Below are positions 27,465 to 37,534 of a stretch of DNA of 53,563 nucleotides, piece after piece. The translations under genes and the position numbers were made by a program. This DNA is from Candidatus Thorarchaeota archaeon (GTDB lineage: Archaea > Asgardarchaeota > Thorarchaeia > Thorarchaeales > Thorarchaeaceae). Below the pieces are notes generated by a model, which saw only the letters and a program-made list of their open reading frames with translations, was not told where the DNA came from and made no database searches. The stretch lies in contig JBHLRZ010000023.1 of NCBI GenBank assembly GCA_048882045.1, positions 1-53,563 of the forward strand. Reading direction: 5' to 3'. How positions within the stretch are numbered: position 1 is the first letter of the stretch; every line of letters starts with the position of its first letter.

Positions 27465-28616
27465 ATGGAATATACAATTGAAACAGCGGGAAGAATACGC
27501 GCTACGAAATATATTGGGGGATTTATACTCATCATCATAATGGTTGCTTCAATTGGAGTTGTCTATGGACAAGAAGTTCAAGAAACGAAGCGAGGTTCAG
27601 CTGAGTTTCGGCTAAGCTATCGATACTTCCTGAAAAACGAGGGGCCACTTGATCTTACATCGGTAACCCTTCGACTTGCTGAGTTGAAAGACTGGGAACC
27701 AATACAGAAAGTATCTAATTTCGTGATTGATACAGCTCCAAATCAGACTACAATAGATGAGTATGACAACCATTATCTTTGGTACGAATACACAGATTTC
27801 AGAATCAATCAGACTCTTGACCTCTGGTTCCATGCTAACGTTACCTTGGACTTTGTAAACTATGCAACACCTGATCTTGCAGTTCAGCCATATAATGTAG
27901 AGGATGAGCTATATCAACTGTATACAGCGTATCATCCTCTTTCTGATTATACCGATCCCAACATAAGACACATAGCCCAGCTTTTAGAAATTCCAAATGA
28001 CCCGATTGGGACCGCGTATAACCTTTACAATTTTACAGCGAACTACATTGACTATCGACTACTAAGTTCCATTCGAGGTGCAACATATGCACTAAGAAAT
28101 CATGAAGGTGACTGCGATGAATACACAACCCTCTTTGTTGCATTAGCTCGGTCATTGGGAATTCCTGCTGTAAGCCACACAGCATGGCTTGCAGAATTTG
28201 AAACTGGATTCGTTGGCACTGATGATGGAGCAATTGCCCATGCATATCCAATGTTCTTTGTTCAAGGAGTTGGCATGCTTCCAGTAGATCCAACTCGAGG
28301 CAAAGATAGCATCTTTGACAACTGGCTTAAGACTGACCACAAAAGAATCACTATGACACGTGGACCTGACAATCCATATCGACTCCTACAATACCGTTGG
28401 CTCCCAGTAGAAGGACTCTCAGATCCATCAATAATCAGCAACTACACAATAATGATTCATGAAATGAATACAGTGTACACATCGATATTAAGGAGTCTAA
28501 TAATACTCTCTTTAGTTAGTATTCCAGCAATATTCGGATTGATGAATGTCGTAGTTGGATTCAGAATTCGAAAGGAGAACAAACAGAAACTGGAACGGTT
28601 GCTTTCACCTGAATAG
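27465..28616 (+). CDS. Membrane-anchored transglutaminase-like protein with intact catalytic triad
   Basis: GDCDEYTTLFVALARSLGIPA (Cys), AHAY (His), PVDPT (Asp); N-terminal signal/anchor and C-terminal TM; ATG abuts the upstream TGA with GGGGTGA RBS. Confidence 0.9.
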   Translation: MEYTIETAGRIRATKYIGGFILIIIMVASIGVVYGQEVQETKRGSAEFRLSYRYFLKNEGPLDLTSVTLRLAELKDWEPIQKVSNFVIDTAPNQTTIDEYDNHYLWYEYTDFRINQTLDLWFHANVTLDFVNYATPDLAVQPYNVEDELYQLYTAYHPLSDYTDPNIRHIAQLLEIPNDPIGTAYNLYNFTANYIDYRLLSSIRGATYALRNHEGDCDEYTTLFVALARSLGIPAVSHTAWLAEFETGFVGTDDGAIAHAYPMFFVQGVGMLPVDPTRGKDSIFDNWLKTDHKRITMTRGPDNPYRLLQYRWLPVEGLSDPSIISNYTIMIHEMNTVYTSILRSLIILSLVSIPAIFGLMNVVVGFRIRKENKQKLERLLSPE

Positions 28617-28705
28617 AACGTTCGAAAATGATATGTTCTATAAGAGCCGAAAGCCTTTTTCCTAAAGCCTGTCGGTCCTGATTGACTTCATACGAGGATT
28701 GTAGC

Positions 28706-30172
28706 ATGATTGACCTTACAATGAATGAGTTTCAACTTGAGAGAACTGTCGAGAGATGTCGTGAACGAAACATCGTCATACCGACCTTTGAACAGATGAA
28801 GGATCCTTCCAAGACACCTGACAGAATAAAGGATGAACTGAAAGACATCGAGCTCTGGGATGTTGTCCCACAAAACCTCTTCCGAATCACTTGGAAAAAC
28901 GAACCTATTGACAAGGGCGGTCTCTTCCAACCATTAGCAAATTACATGGAGGTGCCTTCCGAACTCACTGGAGTAGAAGCCCGTATCATTGCACTAGTCG
29001 GCAAATGGTTTCCAACAGGTGCCCACAAAGTTGGTGCAGCCTTTGGATGTCTTGTTCCACCACTGGTCACTGGTCAATTTGATCCTACCTACCACAAGGC
29101 TGTGTGGCCGTCAACTGGCAACTATTGCAGGGGAGGAGCCTATGACTCTACCCTTCTCGGGTGTGATAGCGTTGCTATCCTTCCTGAAGAAATGAGTCAA
29201 GAACGATTTGACTGGCTTAAGAGTGTAGCAAGTGAAATTATCAAGACACCAGGAAGTGAGAGCAATGTCAAGGAAATCTATGATAAGGTCAATGAACTTG
29301 TGGCAACGAGAGACAATGTATTCGTCTTCAACCAGTTCAACGAGTTTGGTAATTACCTATGGCACTATGAAGTCACTGGAAAGGCGATGAGAGAAGTACT
29401 GAACAAAGAGCTCGGGAATGACACCTATCAAGGTCTCTGCCTTACGACGGGGTCTGCAGGGACTATCGGAAGTGGAGACTTCATGAAGCAAGCATACCCC
29501 CAGTCCAAGGTAGCTGCTGGCGAAGCAGTCCAGTGTCCCACACTCTGGCTCAATGGATATGGTGCTCATAGGATCGAAGGCATAGGGGACAAGCATGTAC
29601 CCTGGATCCACAACGTTAGGAATACTGATCATATCATCGCAATCGACGATAACGATTCCATGAACTTAATTCGTCTATTCAATGAGGATGCTGGAAAGAA
29701 GTATCTTGTAAATGATATCGGCGCTCCAGAACCTTTGGTCAACGACCTCTCACTGCTTGGTATTTCTAGCATCGCGAACCTTTTGATGGCAATCAAATTT
29801 GCGAAGTACTATGAACTCACAAAGAATGATGTTGTCTTGACTGTCTTTACTGACTCTATGGACATGTATCAGTCAAGAATCATGGAGGCAAGAGACGAGT
29901 TTGGAAAATATTCAGAGAAGGATGCCATCAGGGACTACCATCGACATCTCATTGCTCAAAAGACCGATGCCATGATAGAACTTGACCACTACGACAGAAA
30001 ACGAATTCATCACCTGAAGTATTTCACATGGATTGAGCAACAGGGAATGGAGCTAGATGAGCTGAATGCTCAATGGTACGACTACCCCGGATCCTGGGAA
30101 CGTGTTCAGCAGATGACTCCCAAGATTGATGATCTAATAGTGCAATTTAACGAAAAAGTTGGGTTGATCTAG
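28706..30172 (+). CDS. Fold-type II PLP-dependent enzyme (cysteine synthase / threonine synthase beta superfamily), substrate unknown
   Basis: PLP lysine motif FPTGAHKVGAA, PSTGNY, TTGSAGT, HRIEGIGDK; ATG 28706 with GAGGA upstream. Confidence 0.85.
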   Translation: MIDLTMNEFQLERTVERCRERNIVIPTFEQMKDPSKTPDRIKDELKDIELWDVVPQNLFRITWKNEPIDKGGLFQPLANYMEVPSELTGVEARIIALVGKWFPTGAHKVGAAFGCLVPPLVTGQFDPTYHKAVWPSTGNYCRGGAYDSTLLGCDSVAILPEEMSQERFDWLKSVASEIIKTPGSESNVKEIYDKVNELVATRDNVFVFNQFNEFGNYLWHYEVTGKAMREVLNKELGNDTYQGLCLTTGSAGTIGSGDFMKQAYPQSKVAAGEAVQCPTLWLNGYGAHRIEGIGDKHVPWIHNVRNTDHIIAIDDNDSMNLIRLFNEDAGKKYLVNDIGAPEPLVNDLSLLGISSIANLLMAIKFAKYYELTKNDVVLTVFTDSMDMYQSRIMEARDEFGKYSEKDAIRDYHRHLIAQKTDAMIELDHYDRKRIHHLKYFTWIEQQGMELDELNAQWYDYPGSWERVQQMTPKIDDLIVQFNEKVGLI

Positions 30173-30189
30173 AAACCAAGTCTCTAGAC

Positions 30190-31185
30190 TCAACGCCTTC
30201 GAATCAGTACCGCAATGACTACAATGACTCCAATGATCACCACTCCTGCAGCGACTACAATTATCATCGACGACCATGGAATGATTGCTGGCTCGACAAC
30301 TATCAGCACTGTATCAGACGCCGAGTTACCTCTGACATCATAGACTGTGACAGTATAATTGTACACACCAATACTATGTCCATCAACATTTACAGTAATT
30401 ACTTCACTAGAGAGATTCCAACTACCAGAACTGGATAGGGTTCCATCGAGACGTATCTCATACCTGCTTGGATAGTCATCAGATGCATGCCAACTGATAC
30501 TATTACCTTGTTGCCCTTCGTAATAAGTCAGGTCAGATGGATGGTCAATCACTGGTTCAATTGTTTCACTATATTGCTCTATCCCTATTCGTTCTAGGGT
30601 GACCTCACCAGTATCTGCTCCAGTGGTGGTGTTGTATGCATCCACAGAATAGTGAGTGAGGAAACCATCTGTTTTTAGATATGCAACATGGACATATAGT
30701 GTATAGTTAGAATAGACCGTAGCTTGACCTGCATGAAGCACCCAGTCTGCATCTGCCCAACTATACCCCCAAAAGAAGGGATCTTCAGTGTCAAGGGTGA
30801 AGTTCTCAACAGTGTGTGTAGTCTGCGCTAGTGTGCTTAATAGAGCCCAGTTACCAATTGGCAAATATACATTGTACATGGCCACGAAAGTCAATATCTC
30901 GATTCCGAGTTGGGTTCCGTTGGCATAATACGCATTCATGACAGTATATGGTATATCCGTCCAGTTGTCCATTGAGTCTGGTATAGTCAGAAGGGTGTCA
31001 TTAGAAACAAGGTATATCTCTTCATCAATTTGGAAACCTGTACCATTAAGATGCATCATGAAATGTATCTCATCATCATATGCAAATCCCCATTCAAAGC
31101 CCTGATCAGTTTGCGCATTGACTGGTAAAGCAGATATTAGCATAGTTAGAATTAGAATGACAACCAATTTTTGAACACGTATCAA
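30190..31185 (-). CDS. Cell-surface protein with C-terminal Ig-like module and TM anchor
   Basis: Signal peptide ending VNA-Q, sequons, module PVIDHPSDLTY..G..GNSISW...DG...GVYNYTVTVYD..GN, TM, RRR; AGGAGA upstream of TTG. Confidence 0.82.
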   Translation of the reverse strand: MIRVQKLVVILILTMLISALPVNAQTDQGFEWGFAYDDEIHFMMHLNGTGFQIDEEIYLVSNDTLLTIPDSMDNWTDIPYTVMNAYYANGTQLGIEILTFVAMYNVYLPIGNWALLSTLAQTTHTVENFTLDTEDPFFWGYSWADADWVLHAGQATVYSNYTLYVHVAYLKTDGFLTHYSVDAYNTTTGADTGEVTLERIGIEQYSETIEPVIDHPSDLTYYEGQQGNSISWHASDDYPSRYEIRLDGTLSSSGSWNLSSEVITVNVDGHSIGVYNYTVTVYDVRGNSASDTVLIVVEPAIIPWSSMIIVVAAGVVIIGVIVVIAVLIRRR

Positions 31186-31284
31186 ATTTCTCTCCTTCTG
31201 GAATTATTCTAAAAACAATTCCACAAATTTCGTTAAAAACAAATTGACAGTCGAGAAAAGTAGCTTGAATTTCTGATAGAAAAT

Positions 31285-31409
31285 CTGGAGCAGGATGAAC
31301 TGATGCCCAATGGTTCGACTACCCAAGATACTGAGAACATGTTCAAAAGGTGACCCCAGAAAATTCCAAACTCATCGTCGATTTCAATGACCGTGTTGGT
31401 CTGATTTGG
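31285..31409 (+). pseudogene. Decayed duplicate of the last ~41 codons of the PLP-enzyme gene (30047-30172)
   Basis: Translates LEQDEL-AQWFDYPRY*EHVQKVTPENSKLIVDFNDRVGLIW versus MELDELNAQWYDYPGSWERVQQMTPKIDDLIVQFNEKVGLI*, with a 1-nt deletion and a TGG>TGA stop. Confidence 0.85.
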
Positions 31410-31590
31410 TTCAGCGGACTCCTAGTAAAAGTCCCCGCTTATCGTGATGCAGTCTGCACGACATTTGCTGAAATACGTCAGAATCTAGTATATTCTGGAA
31501 AAAAGACCGATTCTATCTGGACCCGCCTGCAAGAGGGATTGCTAGCAGTGAATTATCGATAGTTTTCGGTTATGTTGAAAACTCAGTGGA

Positions 31591-34500
31591 GTGCGAAAAG
31601 TGCGAAGGAACAGAGTAGTTGCTATTCCACTACTTATAGTCCTCCTAGCTTTGCTCCCGTTTCTCAGTTTTCCGGTCCCTTCTTATGATTCCTTGTCAAA
31701 CGATATCATAGGTCCAGACAATAAGAGCCATCTATTTTACACATCTGATCTTAAAACCGGGACCTTGAATCCCGTCTTAATTCAACACACTGGTACTTCA
31801 TCTGGAATGACGACCTCTGATTCAGCAAGAACCGATGTAGATCGTTATCCCTCAGCAGAAGTCTATCTGCCTGCTGGAGCTCCTATCGATTACTTTTCAG
31901 GCGAAGGAACAGGGGGCTACTATCTCGTTGGATCTAGTGGTTCAGGCGACTTTGGTTCAGTCGCAGGGTCAATCTCATTCTGGATTAAATGGGACCTTAC
32001 TGCTCCCCATGGAAGATTCTGGGGACAACACGCCAACTTCGAAACACGTTGGACGAGCAATCGTTTGGTTTTAGACTGGGGTTCTGATACTACTGCACAG
32101 GGAACAAAATCTGACTGGCTTGTAGACCACTGGTATTTCATCGCCATTTCGTGGAATGAGACATCGAACTATCTCGCTATATTCTGGGGCGATGAAACTA
32201 CTGTCCCTGTTGAGGATTATGTAACATATGGCTGGACGGTTTCAGTTGTTGGACTCCACACAGAGAACAACATCTTGAATTCGATAGCTCGTGTCGGGGA
32301 GCAAGTAGATGGGCATATTGACGATTTTCGCTATTACACTTCAGATAGAAATCTATCTGATATTCAAAGCGATTATCTTCCTGTTGGCATCATATCTGAC
32401 CCAACTTTAAGCGCTCATTATCAGTTTGAGAACGATCTGACAGATAGTGTGGGTGACTTAGACCTCCAAGTGTCTGGTGCCACCACAATTTCAAGAGATG
32501 TACCTCGCTCTTTACGTGGCTGGTTTGGCGACCAGATCAAGGTTACAGCAAATGATCTGAGAAAATTGTATGTCCTCAATGGCACATTTGATACTGGAAA
32601 TCCAGGAACAAATGAGGACTGGCCTGAAGGTACGGATGGCACTTATTATGCTGATGGATGGTTGGCTCGAAGAGAGGTCGATTCATTTCTTGGACGGCAA
32701 AGAGCCTCTTACGTAGAAGACTTTGATAGTTACGTTCTACTGGAGAACGAGGCTTACTATATTGGATCAGATTTCCGACATTACAATGCCACAGAAATAT
32801 ACTGGTATCAAGACGTTGAAAATTCTGCTCTGAACAATTTATTCTACTTCAGCATGGATTACAATTACATGAGAGGTCCGATTGGGACTAGCTTCTCCGG
32901 AATCTTTGACTTCCGATTTGAGATTCTCAATGGTTCGGAAATCATTTGGTCCTGGTCTATTGATCCAACTAACATCACACAGAGACAGAACTGGTACAGT
33001 ACTGGCCAAGTTTTGGTGAATATGACTGATTCACCATCCTCTTTCAGCGCAAGAGTGATGTTGTCTGTAATCACTCCAAGTACATACATTGCGATTGATG
33101 AAACACATCCAGACCTAGATGGTGATGCAACAAATGGTCAGTTCTTGACATTTTACATTAATAATGTAGAACTGAAGAGTTATGAACCCCTTACTGGTCC
33201 ACAGGTGGACCTACAGATAAGCTCGCCAGAGACTGGACTCTGTAGTTTCTCAAATGCAGGAGTAGCGTTATTGAATCATTCAGTTTGGGAAGAGTCCGTA
33301 GTCCCACTAGTATTCTCATCAAACACAACTATCTCCTACGATTTTTCTGCAGAATTTAGCAAGATGTTCAGATACTACAATTCGTCAGCAACAACCAATC
33401 TCAACAATCTCGGCGCATCTTATTCAATTGATTTTGGGCAGAGTGCGAACATTACTTTCTTCACATATGTTCAGTCTTCCCCTGGGGTCAAGGACCTCGG
33501 ATTCGTAATTTTTTGTCCGACTGATTGGGAGAACGCAACTGTCGAGGATCCATTTGGCAGTTTAGTGTATGTAGAAGAGAATGAGAACGTAGAAGTTCCC
33601 TCAGGTTATGTGAATTCAGTTGGTTGGTGGAAAATTGAAATCTCCGCTCCCAACTATGCTCACTCTGTCTACACAGAAATGTACAATGGAGTAGATGAAT
33701 GGGAGGAAAGTTCTACCTTCTTCATCTTAGATCAAATTCGATGTACTGTAGTGATTGGATCAGACACCAGTCTTGTTGCTTCAATCGATGATCTGTCCAT
33801 TTCGTGGTACACTCCATCTTCCTCATTGTGGGCCAGCGAGATCAAGGGGAACGCTACAGGTTCTAATGTTGTAAGTTCTGAAATGACTGTAGGGTCTTCG
33901 AATACCTCTGCGGGAGCATGGCATTTGGAAGTATCATGGACAAATGGAACTGAAATTGCCCTGGGTCTTAGCAATTTTCAAATACATCATCAATTGAATA
34001 TCATTGCTGCAACACCACATATCGACACTCAAGTTGACGAGATTTTCACAGCTGCCATCTATCTCTATGATCAAGACAGTGGTACTCCAATTCTCAGCAA
34101 TGCTGATGTAAGGGGAAACTGGTCCGCTGGTGATGTTCAGTTCAGCCCTAACTTGGCCAAAGGTTGGTGGGAGGCAGATGTCAATGCGTCTCTTACTGGA
34201 ACTGGAATTTATACAATGACCGTAAATGCAACACTAGCTTACCATTCAATGTCTAGTTACACAATAACTATAGAGATAACTACTGTTACCATTATGACGA
34301 TTCTCGGTGAACAGATCATTGAGCTTGAACCTGACGAACTATATGCTGTTAAATTGCGATTCATGTTTCTCGATGGTTTAGGAATTGAAGATGCTGACGT
34401 TTCAGTATTGTCCTACAGTGGACCAGAAAACGGACTCAGCTATGGTTCTGGACTTTCAGTCATTGGTCAGCCAGGAAATTACTCTATTGAATTCTCGGGA

Positions 34501-36291
34501 AATATCAGTGGAACGTACTTTGTAACACTTACTGCTTCCAAGAATGGAGTCAGTACTGCGGCTACATCCTTCTATGTCGTAATCGGTGCTGTATCAGCAG
34601 ATGTAGATATTTCTGGCCCCTCGCCTCCAGATGTTTTTTATTTCAATCAGACCTACACTGTAACTCTCTTCTATCATACTAATGATATACCAGGCGGTAT
34701 TGACGGGGCAGTATTGGATGTGACATATAATCCAGTGAGTGTGGTAGAATGGGTTGAAACCACTGATGGGTATTACAACGTATCCATTAGAGTTCCTGAA
34801 ATAGGATCATATTCAGTGTACCTACGATTCTCTAAATTTGGATATGATTTTGCTGAGATCTCATTCACATTTGATGTCATCGAGGTGCCAACAGTAATTA
34901 CCTACTTTGGGCAACGGACCACATATTATGAATCTCGAACATACGAATTCGCACTTTATTACAACTCGACCCTAGAGAATGGGGTTGTTGACGCTGACAT
35001 AGTCCCAATCGGGCCAATAAGAGATTTCTTCGAAACCACAGTTTTAGGAGATGGGTGGTATAACTTCTCTTTGACTCCCACACTCGGTAACTGGAATGTA
35101 ACAATCTGGTTAACAAAGACAGGATATGCAGAACAAGTGTTACGCTTTGAGATGGATGTTGATATGATACCGATATTACTGTCTTCTATGCATCCACTGA
35201 ACTCGACATATACACGATATTCTGAATCGATCCTCACATTGAGAGTTCTTCCGTTGGCGGGCGATAATTTTGAGAAGATCCCATCTGCTCTGATTAGATA
35301 CACTTTGACTGATGCGAATGATCCAGACAGCACAGTCGTGATTATTGGTTATTTCAGCGAGTTCGCCAACTATTATGAGGCAAAGATCACAGTACCGTCT
35401 GTTGGTCTTTATGAGCTTAGGATCACAATCGCAAAAGATCATCATGAGTCATTTGTTCAAGTGATTGTTCTCAATTCCGAAAGCTCTCCAAGTTCTGTCT
35501 TTGTATCCTATCTCAGTGCCGGCTTAATCGGTGCACTATCCCTCTTTGCCATTGTAGGTTCAATTTTTCTTGGCCAGAGATGGTATTCAGATATGACCTC
35601 AAAGAGAAGTCTTGAACTTCTTGGAATGAAGAATAGATTGGATGATGTAAGAAACCTACTCGGGCTTTTAGTCATTCAAAGAAATGTCGGATTGTCAATC
35701 TATTCCAAGATTTTGAAAGGAGGGTTTGAGGAAGCATTACTCAGTTCCTTCATTTCTGCCATTTCTCAATTCAGGGAGGAGTTCTCGATGGATGAAGCCA
35801 AATGGACAGCCATACCTCTAACTGAAGTCATAATGGCTTTACAGACTGAAGCATTCATCTGTGCAATCATCACTGTTGATTCTGCATCAATTCATCAAAG
35901 AGAGCAGTTGGAATCTTTTGGCCTTGAGATAGGTGGCTTTTTTGATCATGATGAAGAAGCAACTAAGCAGAGCCTTCAGACTCCGAAGCGCATTGAATTC
36001 TATCAGGAAAAGTTCGAGCCGATATTTGAAAAACACTTTGACATTAATTTGATGAAGAGATATGTTGGAGCAAAGAAGACACTTCCTGACCACTTGAAAC
36101 CAGTATCCGATGCTATCAAAAAATCAGCATTGGACCGTGGTGTCACACCGGAATCCATGATCAAGTCAGTTCTTGAAGCAGGTGTCGGTGAATATCATGC
36201 ATACTCATTGGTATTCGAAGCAATTGATGGTGATTATTTGATACCTAGTGAACATCGATTACCATTTCCTATAGACACTTTTGAATCCTAA
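31591..36291 (+). CDS. Giant single-pass surface protein: LamG-like domain, Ig-like repeats, TM, cytoplasmic longin-like domain
   Basis: LamG motifs GSISFWIKW, WYFIAISWN, GHIDDFRYY; repeats ending G.Y.+.+...K.GY; TM LIGALSLFAIVGSIFL; tail LLGLLVIQRNVGLSIYSK...LLSSFISAISQF. Confidence 0.82.
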   Translation: MRKVRRNRVVAIPLLIVLLALLPFLSFPVPSYDSLSNDIIGPDNKSHLFYTSDLKTGTLNPVLIQHTGTSSGMTTSDSARTDVDRYPSAEVYLPAGAPIDYFSGEGTGGYYLVGSSGSGDFGSVAGSISFWIKWDLTAPHGRFWGQHANFETRWTSNRLVLDWGSDTTAQGTKSDWLVDHWYFIAISWNETSNYLAIFWGDETTVPVEDYVTYGWTVSVVGLHTENNILNSIARVGEQVDGHIDDFRYYTSDRNLSDIQSDYLPVGIISDPTLSAHYQFENDLTDSVGDLDLQVSGATTISRDVPRSLRGWFGDQIKVTANDLRKLYVLNGTFDTGNPGTNEDWPEGTDGTYYADGWLARREVDSFLGRQRASYVEDFDSYVLLENEAYYIGSDFRHYNATEIYWYQDVENSALNNLFYFSMDYNYMRGPIGTSFSGIFDFRFEILNGSEIIWSWSIDPTNITQRQNWYSTGQVLVNMTDSPSSFSARVMLSVITPSTYIAIDETHPDLDGDATNGQFLTFYINNVELKSYEPLTGPQVDLQISSPETGLCSFSNAGVALLNHSVWEESVVPLVFSSNTTISYDFSAEFSKMFRYYNSSATTNLNNLGASYSIDFGQSANITFFTYVQSSPGVKDLGFVIFCPTDWENATVEDPFGSLVYVEENENVEVPSGYVNSVGWWKIEISAPNYAHSVYTEMYNGVDEWEESSTFFILDQIRCTVVIGSDTSLVASIDDLSISWYTPSSSLWASEIKGNATGSNVVSSEMTVGSSNTSAGAWHLEVSWTNGTEIALGLSNFQIHHQLNIIAATPHIDTQVDEIFTAAIYLYDQDSGTPILSNADVRGNWSAGDVQFSPNLAKGWWEADVNASLTGTGIYTMTVNATLAYHSMSSYTITIEITTVTIMTILGEQIIELEPDELYAVKLRFMFLDGLGIEDADVSVLSYSGPENGLSYGSGLSVIGQPGNYSIEFSGNISGTYFVTLTASKNGVSTAATSFYVVIGAVSADVDISGPSPPDVFYFNQTYTVTLFYHTNDIPGGIDGAVLDVTYNPVSVVEWVETTDGYYNVSIRVPEIGSYSVYLRFSKFGYDFAEISFTFDVIEVPTVITYFGQRTTYYESRTYEFALYYNSTLENGVVDADIVPIGPIRDFFETTVLGDGWYNFSLTPTLGNWNVTIWLTKTGYAEQVLRFEMDVDMIPILLSSMHPLNSTYTRYSESILTLRVLPLAGDNFEKIPSALIRYTLTDANDPDSTVVIIGYFSEFANYYEAKITVPSVGLYELRITIAKDHHESFVQVIVLNSESSPSSVFVSYLSAGLIGALSLFAIVGSIFLGQRWYSDMTSKRSLELLGMKNRLDDVRNLLGLLVIQRNVGLSIYSKILKGGFEEALLSSFISAISQFREEFSMDEAKWTAIPLTEVIMALQTEAFICAIITVDSASIHQREQLESFGLEIGGFFDHDEEATKQSLQTPKRIEFYQEKFEPIFEKHFDINLMKRYVGAKKTLPDHLKPVSDAIKKSALDRGVTPESMIKSVLEAGVGEYHAYSLVFEAIDGDYLIPSEHRLPFPIDTFES

Positions 36292-36337
36292 CTTCTCCGA
36301 AATGTCAATATGGCTAATTCAAGATTGCAGTTTGTCG

Positions 36338-37471
36338 ATGAAAGTTATCACTATCAAGTATTGGGGCCACATGGGTCGTCAGGAAGAAACCAAATTTCAG
36401 TGTACTGACCGTAAGATCGACATGATGATGAGAGCTGCTCAGAGAATCGACCTTTCAGAACTTTCAAACTGTACAGAAATAGATGTCTTGAATTTGAGCA
36501 CCAATATAATTGAGGAGGTCGACTTAGCTCCTTTATCGAATTGTCATACATTAACTAGCATAATACTTGAGAATAATCGTCTGAAAACCCTTAATCTGTG
36601 GCCATTGTCGAATTGCCAGTCTCTCGGGCTCTTGGATATCAAAAACAACCAATTACCCAAAATTGACCTAACTCCTGTATTCCTCTACGCGAACATCGAA
36701 CTTGATTCATCTGTTGTTATTTCTGCAGATTACATTCTACGATTTGCATTAACAAGTGAACAGCTGAAGAGTAGGTTCCTTCTGATTCGCCCAGACCGGG
36801 CTCCATGGACTGCAACTCCAGTGATACTCTGGAATTCGTACGAAACCCTCTCAAAGTCACTTCAATGGTCGGATATTTCTAGGCGAATTCACACAATCCT
36901 AGACCAAGTTCAAGAGCAAGACTGGTTCGGAATTCAGAGAGGCCTCATGATGGGTTTCTCTCTCGATGAATTATCTGGATATGATGGAGACCCTCGTGAC
37001 CTACTTTCTACAGCTACTCCTGACTTGGACTATATATCAGCAAGAACTGCGGTATTCGACAGAGCTGTGGAACTTCTAGACCATCAGGTGGAAGAGGGCG
37101 GATCCACTTTATTCTTAGACACAGAATCTATGAAGAGGACAAAGGCATCCAAGCTCATCCCGAAGATAGTAGAGGCTAGGAGTCGTGAGATGGAGAACGC
37201 AGTTGTTCCAACCAAAGGTAGTGTAGCGTTGATGAACTCCTTGTGGATGACTCACTACGGGTTCAAGATCCTCCAAGCGCTTGATGTGGGAACGCAGCAC
37301 TATGGTGATGGCTTAAATCAGATGAAGGAAAGCCTGGATGACCTTGGCTTTGATTTGAAAACAGAGGAAGTTGCTTCGATCGGATCAACTAAAATCTCGG
37401 ATCCAATAATTGCATCAGCAAGCTTGAAGAAATACATCATGCATATTGTTGAGAAGTCATACACAATATGA
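36338..37471 (+). CDS. Leucine-rich repeat protein
   Basis: About 3-4 24-residue LRRs (IDLSELSNCTEIDVLNLSTNIIEE, VDLAPLSNCHTLTSIILENNRLKT, LNLWPLSNCQSLGLLDIKNNQLPK) then a helical C-terminal region. Start uncertain. Confidence 0.82.
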   Translation: MKVITIKYWGHMGRQEETKFQCTDRKIDMMMRAAQRIDLSELSNCTEIDVLNLSTNIIEEVDLAPLSNCHTLTSIILENNRLKTLNLWPLSNCQSLGLLDIKNNQLPKIDLTPVFLYANIELDSSVVISADYILRFALTSEQLKSRFLLIRPDRAPWTATPVILWNSYETLSKSLQWSDISRRIHTILDQVQEQDWFGIQRGLMMGFSLDELSGYDGDPRDLLSTATPDLDYISARTAVFDRAVELLDHQVEEGGSTLFLDTESMKRTKASKLIPKIVEARSREMENAVVPTKGSVALMNSLWMTHYGFKILQALDVGTQHYGDGLNQMKESLDDLGFDLKTEEVASIGSTKISDPIIASASLKKYIMHIVEKSYTI

Positions 37472-37534
37472 GTCACTTCATTACCGTTTTCGATACTTTA
37501 AATTATAATTTCATAAATCTACCAAGAACCGAGG

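Noticed and set aside
31350-31562. 70-aa plus-strand ORF
   Set aside because: Its first ~20 codons are the decayed duplicate of the PLP-enzyme 3' end, read past the mutated stop into intergenic DNA.
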